NCBI GenBank assembly: GCA_051313645.2
Contig: JBNRSN020000003.1
Coordinates: 155,248,001-155,312,000, forward strand
Direction of reading: 5' to 3'
Source of the DNA: Centroscyllium fabricii
Lineage: Eukaryota
Length of the DNA: 64,000 nt
Part shown: piece by piece, positions 1-11,316 of the stretch
Position numbering within the stretch: the stretch's first letter is position 1
How the letters are laid out: every line of letters starts with the position of its first letter
Program-made: the position numbers and the translations under genes
Notes under the pieces: generated by a model
The model's input: the letters and a program-made list of their open reading frames with translations, nothing else
Database searches by the model: none
What the model was told of the DNA's origin: nothing

Positions 1-200
1 TGTTCAGGCCGAGGGTGAGGAGTTTGTTAGACAATTTGCTGGGGACGATGGTGTTGAATGCTGAGCTGTAGTCAATAAACAGCATTCTGACATACGTATC
101 TTTGCTATCCAGGTGGTTTAGTGCAGAGTGAAGAGCCGTAGTGATAGCATCTTCCGTAGATCTGTTCCCATGGTAGGCGAACTGGTATTGGTCCAGGTCC
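1..200 (-). mobile_element. Rex1/Babar LINE RT fragment
   Basis: Minus strand: [46 protein letters not shown]. Confidence 0.85.
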
Positions 201-3200
201 CATGCTCCTTTTCTCCTCTCTATTCTCATCATCATCATCATCTCCTCCTCCATTTAAGCTAATTTGGTCTCATTTTATTAGAACTACAAACCTCTATGCT
301 TGGTTATCCACAATTGCTCCAAACTGGTTTTATCCCCTCTTCTGAAGGCACCGACTCTGTAATAAGAGAGAACTTTCATTTATCTAGCACTTTTTACATC
401 CTCGCATTTCATAACCAATGACTTGCTTTTAAAGTGTATTCACTGTTGTTTTGCGGTGCTCTGGTTCTGTATGTGCTGGCAGCCCTTTGCAATATTGCCC
501 AAGTAGCAGTTCTTCATATACAACTTAGATGGTCTATTTTACCATGGAGGGTAATTCTGCTGATCTTGATGCTATTTTTATTAGATATCAACATTACATG
601 CTCTTCAGGAATATCGTGATCCATAGATCATGAAGGAGCAAAGACCCTGCCCCTCCTCGCTCCTCCTCCTTTCATCGAAGGTGCTGATTGCAGTTGTAGG
701 ATCCAGCCGCAGCTCTGGCTGAAATCTGCCAACTTTGCGCAGAAAGGGAATCAAAACTTGGCTATTAATGGATTAGAACTACACCAGATTGTGTCTTTGT
801 ACATTAATTAAATCATTGGATGCTCCATGGTGAGCTTCGGAAACAAAAGGACGTAACTGCCTACATACTTTATTAAGCTCCTGTGCCAGCTCCTGCCTGA
901 ACAGGCAGGATATCTATTGTCAGTGGCACTTCCCTTCCCCCCCCCCCCCCCCCCCCCCCTTTTTATTCTGGCAATTTCTCTCCTTTCAACCATTCCTCCT
1001 CTTAACACTTTTTAGAGTCCAATTCTGTAGGTACTAATTAGTAATTTCTTTGGGTGTAGAAAGTGAGTAAGTATTAGCAGGTCATTCAACCAAGTTAACA
1101 TGTAGTTCCAAAAGGAATTGCTAGGTAATGATCAGGAGTGGCAACCCAGGTCCTTCCCCTTGTTTCTCTCTGTCCGTCTCTCCTTTCTTTCTCTTTCTCT
1201 CTCCCCTTCCCTCCCACACACACACTTGTATTACTTTTGCTTCTCCTTGCACCCTCTGGGTAAGCTGAGGCCGTTTAGTGCCACTGCTGCTTAAAACAAA
1301 ATAAGCTTTTTTCCTGGTTTCTACACCAACAACTTGCATTTATTTGGGTTTTAATGTAAAAAAGACATCCTGATGCTTTGAGAATTCTACAAGTGATGAG
1401 ATGTAAACCCCTGATTTAAAAGAAAAATATTCTGTAAATCTGTATACCCTCCAAGTTCAAATATTAATAATTAACACATGAAAGGATTGGCAACTTCAAA
1501 ATTGGATAAATTAGCAATTGTTTTATAGTTTAAAAAATGTACTTGGTAATCTAACCAGTTTAGTGTCATGCCTAATTTGGAAAATCCAACTCTGTCCAAA
1601 CACCTCAAATATCCACTCTGCCATTTCTGGACAAGTGAGTATGTTTGAGGGGGGATTGGTCTTAATTCAGAAAACTGTAAAATATCTTAAACTTGATTAT
1701 CAATATGACTTCCAAAAATACCTAATATTGTCCCCTAACTAGACACTGTAGCTTTATAAATCCTGTTCTACTTTTTTTGTTCTGGACATCTCTGTAGCTC
1801 TGCCTCTCTGTCTCTCCTTTCACACATCAAGTGGCCATTTTAATAATTATCCTGTGTAGTACAATTGGTTTCATGCTCTGACACATGCATCATTTTTGCT
1901 TGAAAGAGACTGGTGCATCCTGACAAACCGGAATAGCATAAAATTGGGCTGACAAATCAGGGGACCTTTGCTCTACCGTTGAACATGCAATGTGTCAACC
2001 TGTCTCCCAAGGGGAAGCAGACAACAGAAGTCTATCTATTCGTACTATCAGCAGCTGCACTGCGAATAAATGCTGACCCATTTCATGGCAGCTGCCTGCA
2101 TCGTGAAGGGACATGACCTAGTGTAAAGGACAATGGGGGTCATGCACTAAAAACACTGATAATTGGACTAAGAATAGATGAAGTAAAAGTCCTGGTAAAG
2201 TTATTTTTGTAAAAAGACCGACATTTTTTCTAAATTAGCAGGGAATCTTAAGTTCCTAAAATTGTGTTTCCTTTTAGACTGGTTCTATTTGTCTTTTCTG
2301 TCAGACTACATGTTCATTTGTTGACTGCTGCTAATATATCAGCTGGATTAGCAACCCTTACGATGTGTTAATTGTTTTTACAATGTGCATACAAATCCAT
2401 AAAAAGTTTATTTTAATTAGCAATGTGTAGCATTGTAATGTAAAATTAGGTATCTTGTTCTTCATGAAAACAGATAGAAGAGACATGGAAATGTGGCTTA
2501 AAGTGATTTAGAGTTAACCTCCTCAGAACTGATTTCCACAATAATGGAATTGTGCACAGGCATGGTAGTACTATACTTTGAAATACTAAGACAATTAAGT
2601 TTCAGAATATTGTGTTTTTACCATCACCTGATTGGATTTGACAGAATGAATAGATGTTGGTGTATATTCCCCTGTTTCTCTCTTTTTCGCCTTGCAATCT
2701 GTATTGTGATGGGCTTCAGTTAACCTCTTGAGGGTTTATTCCTCTGAGTAATCGGTCAATCATATGATGCTCCATAAATAACTAGACTAGGGACATACAA
2801 TAAGACGGACAAAGCCAAATGGTTTTGGTAAGAACTGCAGTTCTGCTTGAACGGTTATATTCAAACAGACTTGCGGCTTTGTAAGTGCCCACCCAGCAAT
2901 GCATAATGCTTTTTTGGGGGGCGGGGGGTGGCGGTGAAGCAAAGAGGAAGGAGAAAGAGAAACTGACATTTGATAGATTGTGGATCGGCTTTATTTTGTT
3001 TCTGGACTGTTCAATGCAGGATGAATGATCGTAAACAAGCTTGTGAACTCTTACTAGGGTACCGACTAGACTACTTGCAGTGTTAGAGGATAAATAATGT
3101 CCACTGGTGAGTTACTATAAATACTACCCTGAACAGATTCACGAGCTGCGCGATCTTTCGTGGTGGTTAGCCTCAGGTAGAGATTCAGCGTGTTCTGTTC

Positions 3201-3461
3201 TAATCATGTTTCAAATTGTTGTTTTTGACATGACAAGGGTGAAGAGTTTTTTCCTATTTCCAACTTTGGAACTTTATACTGTGAGTGGATGGAATGCTAG
3301 TTACATGAAGGATTTGTTGTACTTTATTGCCAACTAATAGGCTGCTACTGTGAATCTCTCAAGTCCCAGTTTGAAATGCTGCTCATGATGGCAGCAAAGC
3401 TTGAAAATCGTGCAGTTTAAAACTAACTGACCAGGTTTGTCTGGTGCCAGTCACGTAATAT

Positions 3462-4238
3462 GGAGGGAATTTTTGCGGGTCCATGAGGGTGGCTTTCCAG
3501 CGGGGCAGGGCCTAAAATCGCAAAACTGGGGGGGTCCCGACCCCCCACCCCGGATCGCCGCCGGCTTATAAGTTTCGGGCGGCATGTCCCGCCGTCCCGA
3601 ATCTTTCCCGCCCGCCACCGGCAGTGATGCTCATTCAGGTAATTGAGGGCCCTTAATTGGACTAGATAATCACATTTTAAGGGCCCTCACCTATTTTACA
3701 CCCCTTCCCACCCAAACCCCACTGGTGAAACCCAGCAGGAGCACAGTGGCCTTGGTCACTTTCACCTTCATTGCATTGAAGGACCTAGAGCAGAATGCTT
3801 TCCAGGCCTTCAGCACCCTGGAGGTGTAAGTGACTCTCTTTTCTGAGGGCCATCTGTGCAGAAAAACCTTGAAAAAGTAATCTTGACAGATGGATTGAGA
3901 GACGGTCCCTAGATTTCCAGCGCGTCCCTGCACCTGTCAGTCAACCCACTTGGGCTTTGCGATTGGTTGCACTCCATTGTGACGTCACAACGGAGTGTTT
4001 TCATGGCAACTGACAACAGACAGTCCCTACAACTGTCAGTCAAAATCCTCGCTCCCAGCTGAAGCGCGCTGATTGCCGCCTCGCGTCAGGCAATTGGAAG
4101 GGGCTCCCCGCATGCGGGGAATTAATTGATCAATTTAGGGAAAATTGCGTGGGACTTCCAGGCCCTTGGGCGGGCGGGCCAGAAACCCAACCCAACCAAA
4201 ACCCGCCAGGTTCCTGCACCTTCGGGAAAATCCCCATC
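3462..4238. mobile_element. Non-autonomous PIF/Harbinger-like DNA element
   Basis: Degenerate TIR GGAGGGAATTTT/GAAAATCCCCATC; TSD TAT; CCCGCC-rich subterminal motifs like 10095-10901. Confidence 0.6.
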
Positions 4239-4599
4239 TATGTTTCTGAAAAATCTTTGCTTGCATCTTTTATGGTTTTTGGTTCACTCTCACAAATGCA
4301 AAGTAATAATTTTTTTTGCCTCCCTTTTCTATAGTGATGAGTATGAACAGGTTTATTTTCTTCAGAAAAATATTTTATATTCAAAACTGCTCGGTGTTGA
4401 ATCCCTAATGATCCTGATCCTGCTGGCCGCCATCTGTTGGTGCCGGTTTGCTTCCAGTTTCTCAGTTTTCCATCCCTGCCCCATTTCCAATCTGTGTGCT
4501 TGCTCAGTGATGCAGCCTTATTCACATGATAATTTAAAAGATAAAGGAAGACTTTGATTAAATCTAATGACCAGATTCAATTGGATACAGTACAGGTAT

Positions 4600-4885
4600 G
4601 GTAACCTAGTGTCTTTGGTCCTGGACTAGCAACCCAGAGCTCATAAATTCAAATTCCACCTTGCAAATTGTGAAATTGAATTTAATATATCTGGGAAATT
4701 GTAGGCTAGTACCAGAAAATGGCCATGAAAGATGCTGAATTGTTGTAAAAGCTCAAGTGGTTCACTAATGAATGTCCTTCGGGAAAGGAAATCTGCCACT
4801 CCGACTTGGTCTGGACTCGATACCTTCAGGGCTACCAAGGATGGGTCTTTCCAGTGTCACCCATGTCCTAAGAACTAATAGCGAA
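4600..4885 (+). mobile_element. Degraded tRNA-derived SINE (approximate)
   Basis: CTGGACTAG.AACCCAGAG..TTCAAATTCCACC head followed by GGTTCACTAATG..CCTTC.GGAAAGGAAATCTGCC. Confidence 0.5.
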
Positions 4886-7800
4886 AACCTAGTCCAAGTA
4901 CTAACCCACCACACAATGCAATAATCTAAGTTTCTGTTTTTTAGTGCTAATTTTTTTTGGAGCAGAGCCCGAGTGAAAATTCAGAGGTCACGATTGCAGC
5001 AGCCAGATAAGCAGAGATGAGCTACTGACTGCATCCGTTCGGAAAATAAATATTAAAAAATGCTATGTTCCTTTTAATGTAGAAATCTATAATGTATAAT
5101 GTTTTGTTAGTTGCGTACATTAAGTTTAAAAAAAACTATTCCTCACAATGGCTGACTTTAAGAAGAATTCCATCAATCTTACTCTGGGGTTGCAATCAGC
5201 TTTGTAAGATCTGCATCTTGGCATCTGATGACTCTTAAGAGATCAATATAAAAGTAGCTATGCATTGCCATTTCTACCCATGACCTGAGTTAGTATTGCA
5301 AAACCACTTCCAAAAGTGTTTCCACATATAAACATGACAAATGTTTGGGGTAAAAAAAAAAAGACTCTTCAATCAGTTGCTTTGAGCAGACTGGTAGTAA
5401 GTTCAAGTGGCCTTATTTTTGTACTGTTTGCTTGGTAGTTCACATAGAAACTTGCCAGCTGTCTTGGATATTTGAAATCTGAGTAGTGTGAACCATTATT
5501 TAATTCTGCATCTCTAGAAACCTGAATGCTGGTTGCACAGAATTAATCCTATTATCTACAATTCAATTGGGGAGACAAATTAGGCTAATGCACTTAACTG
5601 TTCACGATGTGAAGTTCTGTTCTGCTTCTTGAGCTCTAGTGCTGAAGGGTTGTGTGTCCACATTTTAGCTATTTTTATAAAGTCTGTTGTTAATTGCTGT
5701 CAGTTCAGCTGCCTATACATGCATCACCGCTTCTTTCAAAGAAATCGGACATAACACTTGAGGAGTGAGCAGTGGTAGTAATTGGTAATAGGACAAACTT
5801 GTTACTTGGGTTGCAAAGAACATGGTTCTAATGGCAGGTGTCCAGCTTTTAATTAAGTGCTAATAAGCAGGCCTGGTCAACCGTAGTGCAGACATCAAGA
5901 CAAGCTTCGTTTTTTCTTTCCTGGCATGTAGCCTATCACGAAAATTTACAATCAAATGGGACACACTGAATTATATTAACTTGCTTTAACAAACCTGTAC
6001 TGTGCAGTAATGTTTGAAGCTCCACTACTAAGTGTATATTTAATAAAATCGTTTAGATATTGTCATGTTAAACTTGGAATTTTATTGCAATATATATGGT
6101 TTCTAAAAAGTAGACTTGTAGAAAATAATTAGCGGCATGTTCTGCGCTCTGTATCAATGCTTTTAGATTAATGGGCTGTGTTAATATTGTGCACTGTGTA
6201 GTGTTGTGTGTAGCTGCACTGTAAGTGTGAGAAAAGCTCGCAACTCCGGTACATTTGTTGTGTTGCGTCCTGTACATGTACTGTGCTACACATAATGGGG
6301 TAAAAGTTTCCACTTTGGGCGCAATTGCTGATTCTGGCACAAATTGTCTGTTTTGGAAAGTGTTTCTCCTTCTCATTTCCCCCGCTCTTTTTCCCCCCCC
6401 CCCCCAAATTTCTGCTCAATCATTTGCATATTGCTGAGTGCAATATCTGCCATGAACCCGAGTAATCGGGCAGTGTTTTTCTAAAATAAAATCTTGTTGC
6501 TTTAAATACATATTCCTTGATATATTTAAGAGTGGTAACTTGATAACATTTGATTAATACAGCTGAAATTGGGTTTATCACAAAAAAATAAGCCTTTTAA
6601 ATCCGTGTCAATCCACCACCTGTTGAGTAATCCAATTTTAAATGACTGAAATGACTTTTTCAAAATATACAAAACTAGTTTGATTGGGATACAGTACTGA
6701 GTTCCTTAGTAAAAACATTTAAAATGTACCTATTAAGGTCTTTGCTCCCCAAAGTTCCAGCTTAATTTTTGGAGCCTCGTGAAGGCCTGCAAACGAGCGC
6801 AATTAGTGGAAACTCCCAATGCTGATTAATTCATCCTGGGAGCGCACCCAGTTTTTTGGGCCGAGCCTGCTAGCCAATGTTTTTAAAACTAGCACAAACG
6901 ATCGCAGAAATTCGCGCTTGAAATTGTGTGATCTATTGGAATTGCACTGGGAAGGAAAAACCACACAATCAATCGTAAACTCCAGGCCAATGTACCTATT
7001 CCATTTGTGATGATCTGAACTGCATATTGTCTACATGATTTTTTTTTACCCTTTTCTTTCATTTCTCAACCCTTTCTTCCTCAAGTTTATATGAACAGCT
7101 AGCTTGTTTTATGCAACTGGAGATACAGAAGATAGTACATGTGTTTTGAATTGTAAAGTCTCCATCGGTAATAGAGGCAGCATGGTCTGTTAACTTGCAT
7201 CTCGAATAACTTGATCTCCAATATTAAAGGATCAATTTTTAAACTTGGCAATCCAAAAAATACTTTGTTTTTTGCATAATCATTGCTTGATGCAGTGAAA
7301 CCATTCCTGAATATTGAACTTCCTCATTTTTCCCTGGGTGGGGGTGGGGTGGGGGTTGGGGGCGCAGGGGAGGTAATTCTCACTTGTTCTTGTTATATAC
7401 CTGCCTAAATTTCCCCTCTCATGAAAATGTGTTTTGTTCCCAGTTGCTGCTGTCAACATCTAAAGCTGACCCATAACCCATGCTTTGCTCTTTTGGTTCC
7501 TAAAGCACGGGTCTTGTGCACTCAGCTGCAAGTTTAAGGTAAACCATTAGAATAAGCTATGGCCGGCTGTCTGGAAGATTTTTTTAATTGGGTTTTCCTG
7601 GCTGCTAGTCTTGGCAAATCTGGCAGGTTTACATTTGGGTTGCAGCTGGCTGCATTACACTGTTGCTTTGGGAACTGGCAGTGCAAATATGGGCCCTGCA
7701 TGGTATGAAAGTAGATTCATTGTCTGGTAGTATAGCCAAGTGGTTATTGTCATACAGAAGCAAAGGTCAGTACCTGATTTATGTGGAGTTATCTATTCTC

Positions 7801-8481
7801 GCCTGGGGTCGTGGCAACTAATGCTTGGCTTTCTATTATTAATTGACTATCCAGTTAGGCCTGCTGATGTTGGTTAGGGGCTTGTTAGGGTGAGATGCTC
7901 TTTCCTCCCCTCTCCCTCCCCCAATGATCATGAAGAATGCAAGGTATGGCAAAGTCACTGGCATCTTAAGAAGGTAAAGTGAAAAAACTGAAGTGAAGAG
8001 AAACTGGAAGTCAGACTGTTCTGATACCTTGTGATTATACACCTATATACTTAATGTCTAAAGCCATTACGGCTTTATATGTGAAACATTGGATGTAAAA
8101 TCCAGTTAAAGCACTTTCATCCACAGTACAACAAAGGCTCACAGAAGTCGTCATTAACAAAGTTCCTGGTATCAAATCTAAATGAAACTTGCCTATTAAC
8201 TTTAATTCCATCAAAAGCTATCCATTGTTTGCATGTGGCCATTAATCTCCCCAGCAAAGTGTTTTTTTACTTAAAGCTGCTAAAGTCTGAGGGTTTGTCC
8301 ATTCAACTTCAGAATTAAGCTAGATGTTGTCAACCTATCACTACCCTCCGAGCAGACATTTTTTAAAAACATAACCATAAATGTTGTTTTGCAACATCCA
8401 AAAATTGATCTGTTGGATCAGATGTGCATATCAAAAGACCATGTTGCCTCACTGTTACACAGACAAGTTACAATTTTACTA

Positions 8482-9335
8482 CAGGTTGTGCACCATTAAT
8501 CCGCCACGTGCGGGACCAGGCCTGTGCCGGGAAACTGAAAAACCCGGGAGAATGAAGTTGGACAGTGCGCATGCGCGCACCATTCAAAATGGCCGCGCGC
8601 ATGCGCACAACATTGGAAATGGCTGGCGAGCGCATGCGCAGGCCAGTCGGGGATCGCGGAGGAGAAATGGCCGCTTGCAGTGGGCGGCGGTTCGCGTCTC
8701 TCCATTGGGTGACTCTCTCCCTGGTCTCTGGGTCATTGAGGGGGGTTTACTGATCTGTGAGACAGTCGTTTTTCACAAACAAAAAAAAAATCTTCTTTGT
8801 TGATCGCTACAGCGAGTGAACAGGAGAAAAAAAGAAAACAAAAAAATGCAGAGAATTTATGACATAACATTCCTTCAGGGTCAGGCAATTTATCCAATCC
8901 CCTGTTCTGGTTTCAATTGTAAGAAGTCACACGGCACCAGGTTGTAGTCCAACAGTTTTAGTTGGGGTCACGGGCTTTCGGAGCACAGCTCTTTCGTCAG
9001 GTGATAGGGGAGCGGCGCTTCGAAAGCTTGTGATTTCGAGTGGGACTTTTGGTCTATAGCCTGGTGTTGGGTGGCTTCTTACAATTGTCCACCCCAGTCC
9101 AACACCAGCATCTCCACATCATGGTTTCAATTACACAGCCTATCGATAAAATAACCGGCGGCCGTTTTGAATGATCTGCGCATGCGCTCGCTGTTCAGCG
9201 GCGCATGCGCAGATCATTCGCCGAAGCCGCGATGGCGGCTGCCATCTTGCGCATGCGCAGTGCAGTCGGGGCAATTTGTGCCGGCAGACTGAAACTGCCG
9301 GCGTTTCGGGTCACGGATTTTCGGTGCACAACCTG
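8482..9335 (+). mobile_element. Non-autonomous Tc1/mariner (Tigger/pogo-like) TIR element, family A copy 1, with unique internal cargo
   Basis: TIR CAGGTTGTGCACC...GGTGCACAACCTG; TA on the left only; arms shared with copies at 25287 and 31303. Confidence 0.82.
8919..9121. mobile_element. Palindromic Penelope-type terminal-repeat insertion with hammerhead-like motifs, nested in the family A copy 1 cargo
   Basis: 11-bp direct repeat TGGTTTCAATT at 8908-8918 and 9122-9132; imperfect inverted repeat centred near 9001; CTGACGA..GAAA on the minus strand at 8974-9000. Confidence 0.65.
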
Positions 9336-9679
9336 CCAGTCACTTTTATCCTCTTAGTTGAGTTTGCGAATTCACATTTTTAAAATAATTTCTGACTGAA
9401 TTTCCATCTTAAAACTACTCTTGTATTGCATTATTTTGCAGAACAACATCAGTAAACCAGCTCTCAGCATTTGTTACTAAGTTTGATTCTGTTGCCTTGA
9501 TCAGGGAGCCAGATTTAGTAGCATAAACATGAGGACAATTCATAGATCCTGGTCTCCCAGAAACCAAATTGAAATTGAACTAATACAAAAATGACCAACA
9601 TGCATTTCTGATTCTGAGTTTGAAGTTTTTAATTCATATGTGCAATCAGAATAAAATCATTGCGACAATAAAATCATTG

Positions 9680-9890
9680 CATCAACTAGATTTAAGAACA
9701 GCTTCTTCCCCAGGGCTGTCAGCCTCCTGAACTCTAACAAAAAACTCCGGTACCTGCACACCTAAAAATGTACTTTACTGTATGCAATTGCATGTAAATT
9801 ATTTGCACTACTCTCAGGAGCGGTGAGCCTTCGTCTCGTTGTATTGTACTAGTACAGGTACTCTGCAATGACAATAAAACTTGAATTGGT
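9680..9890 (+). mobile_element. Rex1-like LINE 3' end (approximate)
   Basis: TRFKNSFFPRAVSLLN* followed by a short UTR ending TGCAATGACAATAAA.CTTGAA. Confidence 0.7.
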
Positions 9891-10094
9891 TTGTATGTTC
9901 TTGCTCTAGAATTTGCAACTGGTGTGTAAGTGGGGCTTTTAGAACAAATGGGAAATTTTGAATTTCAGAATTGGCAATCATACAAATAAAGCATATACCA
10001 TTTTAAAATATACTAACGCCCTATGCAGACATTGCATCTAATCTGTGTGGTTGCATATTACTGACCGTGTTTGATTGTATCCAGCAGAGACTGC

Positions 10095-10901
10095 GGGCTC
10101 GAATTTATCAATGGGGACGTGATGGAGGCCGGACTCCCACTTTTTGGGTTGCAGTCCCGCCTCCATTGACTTGTGGCCAACCCACGCTATTTTCCCTTGA
10201 TTGACCTTGTTCAGCCCGCTCAGCAGGCCAATTAAGGGACACCTGGTTACTGGTGACGTCAGCGATTGACATTTCATCTGTCGAGAGCTTTTGACAGATG
10301 AAAAATCAGCGTTTGACAGCTCTGAAGTTGTCAAACACTGATGATCTGTCTTCTAACTTGAGTCCTTTTACTCAGATCTCTCCAGACCAGAAAGCAGAAT
10401 GCTGCAGCTTTTGACAGTTCAGCGGCCATTCTGCTTTCTGTGCCGGTGAACTCAGGGACTCCCGAGAACTGAAGGAAGGAAGCCTGCAGGAGAAAGTAAA
10501 GGTAAGTAAAACTTATTAAAATACTTTACACCTACCTCTGTACACATGCACCCTTACCTCTGCACACATGCATCCATCACTCACCTGCACAACGGACATC
10601 TCTACCCCTCCAACCCCTTCAGACCGACGGTCTGCCTCGCTAACTTGGTGTGGTTCGGAGCCGTCGGGAAGCTCACACTTCAGGGCTAAAAATGGGTATT
10701 AGCCAAAAAACTGCCTGTTAACGGGCAGTTAATTGGCACTAATCCCCTTCCCGCCTCGGGGAGGCGGCTTCTAGCACAGGTCGGATACCTGCCTCCTGGG
10801 ACATTGGCTTGGGGCGGGATGGGTTCCTGCCCCCGATTCTGCAATTTTCCCACCACTCCCGCCTCCAGACCCGCCTCCTCGGGGCTTGGAAATTCGAGCC
10901 C
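10095..10901. mobile_element. Non-autonomous PIF/Harbinger-like DNA element
   Basis: 12-bp TIR GGGCTCGAATTT/AAATTCGAGCCC; 3-bp TSD TGC. Confidence 0.75.
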
Positions 10902-11111
10902 TGCAAGTCAAAAGTTTGTGAACATGTGAGGAGATAAGAGTATAGGAATGTTTTGTAATTGTTGTCAGTTTTTTCTTTGAGTGCCCGTTTTACTTTACAT
11001 TTGTTGCTGAACTTTGCATGGGGAACTTCTCACTGAAATAACTACATTTTGTTTTCTTTTCTCCTCATTCTTATTTTGCTGGCAAACTTATGGTGGTCTT
11101 CATATGGACAG

Positions 11112-11316
11112 CAACAGCAACTTCAGGCTCAACATCTCTCTCATGGTCATGGACCTCCAGTGCCTCTCACCCCTCACCCTTCAGGACTCCAGCCACCATC
11201 AATCCCCTCACTTGGTAGCAGTGCAGGCCTTTTGGCTCTGTCAAGTGCTTTGGGTGGACAGTCCCACCTCTCTATGAAAGATGATAAGAAGCACCATGAA
11301 TCGGACCACCACAGAG
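11112..11316 (+). CDS. TLE1: TLE1 (Groucho family) internal coding exon, GP domain, 205 nt
   Basis: acag| acceptor and G|gtgaga donor. Encodes [68 protein letters not shown], close to recalled human TLE1 (GPPVP and KDDKKHH favour TLE1 over TLE4). Confidence 0.95.

Noticed and set aside
936-959. Poly-C run, and the G-rich run at 7336-7372, as functional G-quadruplexes
   Set aside because: Simple low-complexity tracts common in introns, with no supporting context.
434-8042. Numerous 60-140 aa ORFs in intronic sequence
   Set aside because: No recognisable domains, many with non-ATG starts; chance ORFs.
11049-11111. Signal-peptide-like N-terminus of ORF 11049-11342
   Set aside because: It is the translation of the intronic pyrimidine tract from a non-ATG start upstream of the acceptor.
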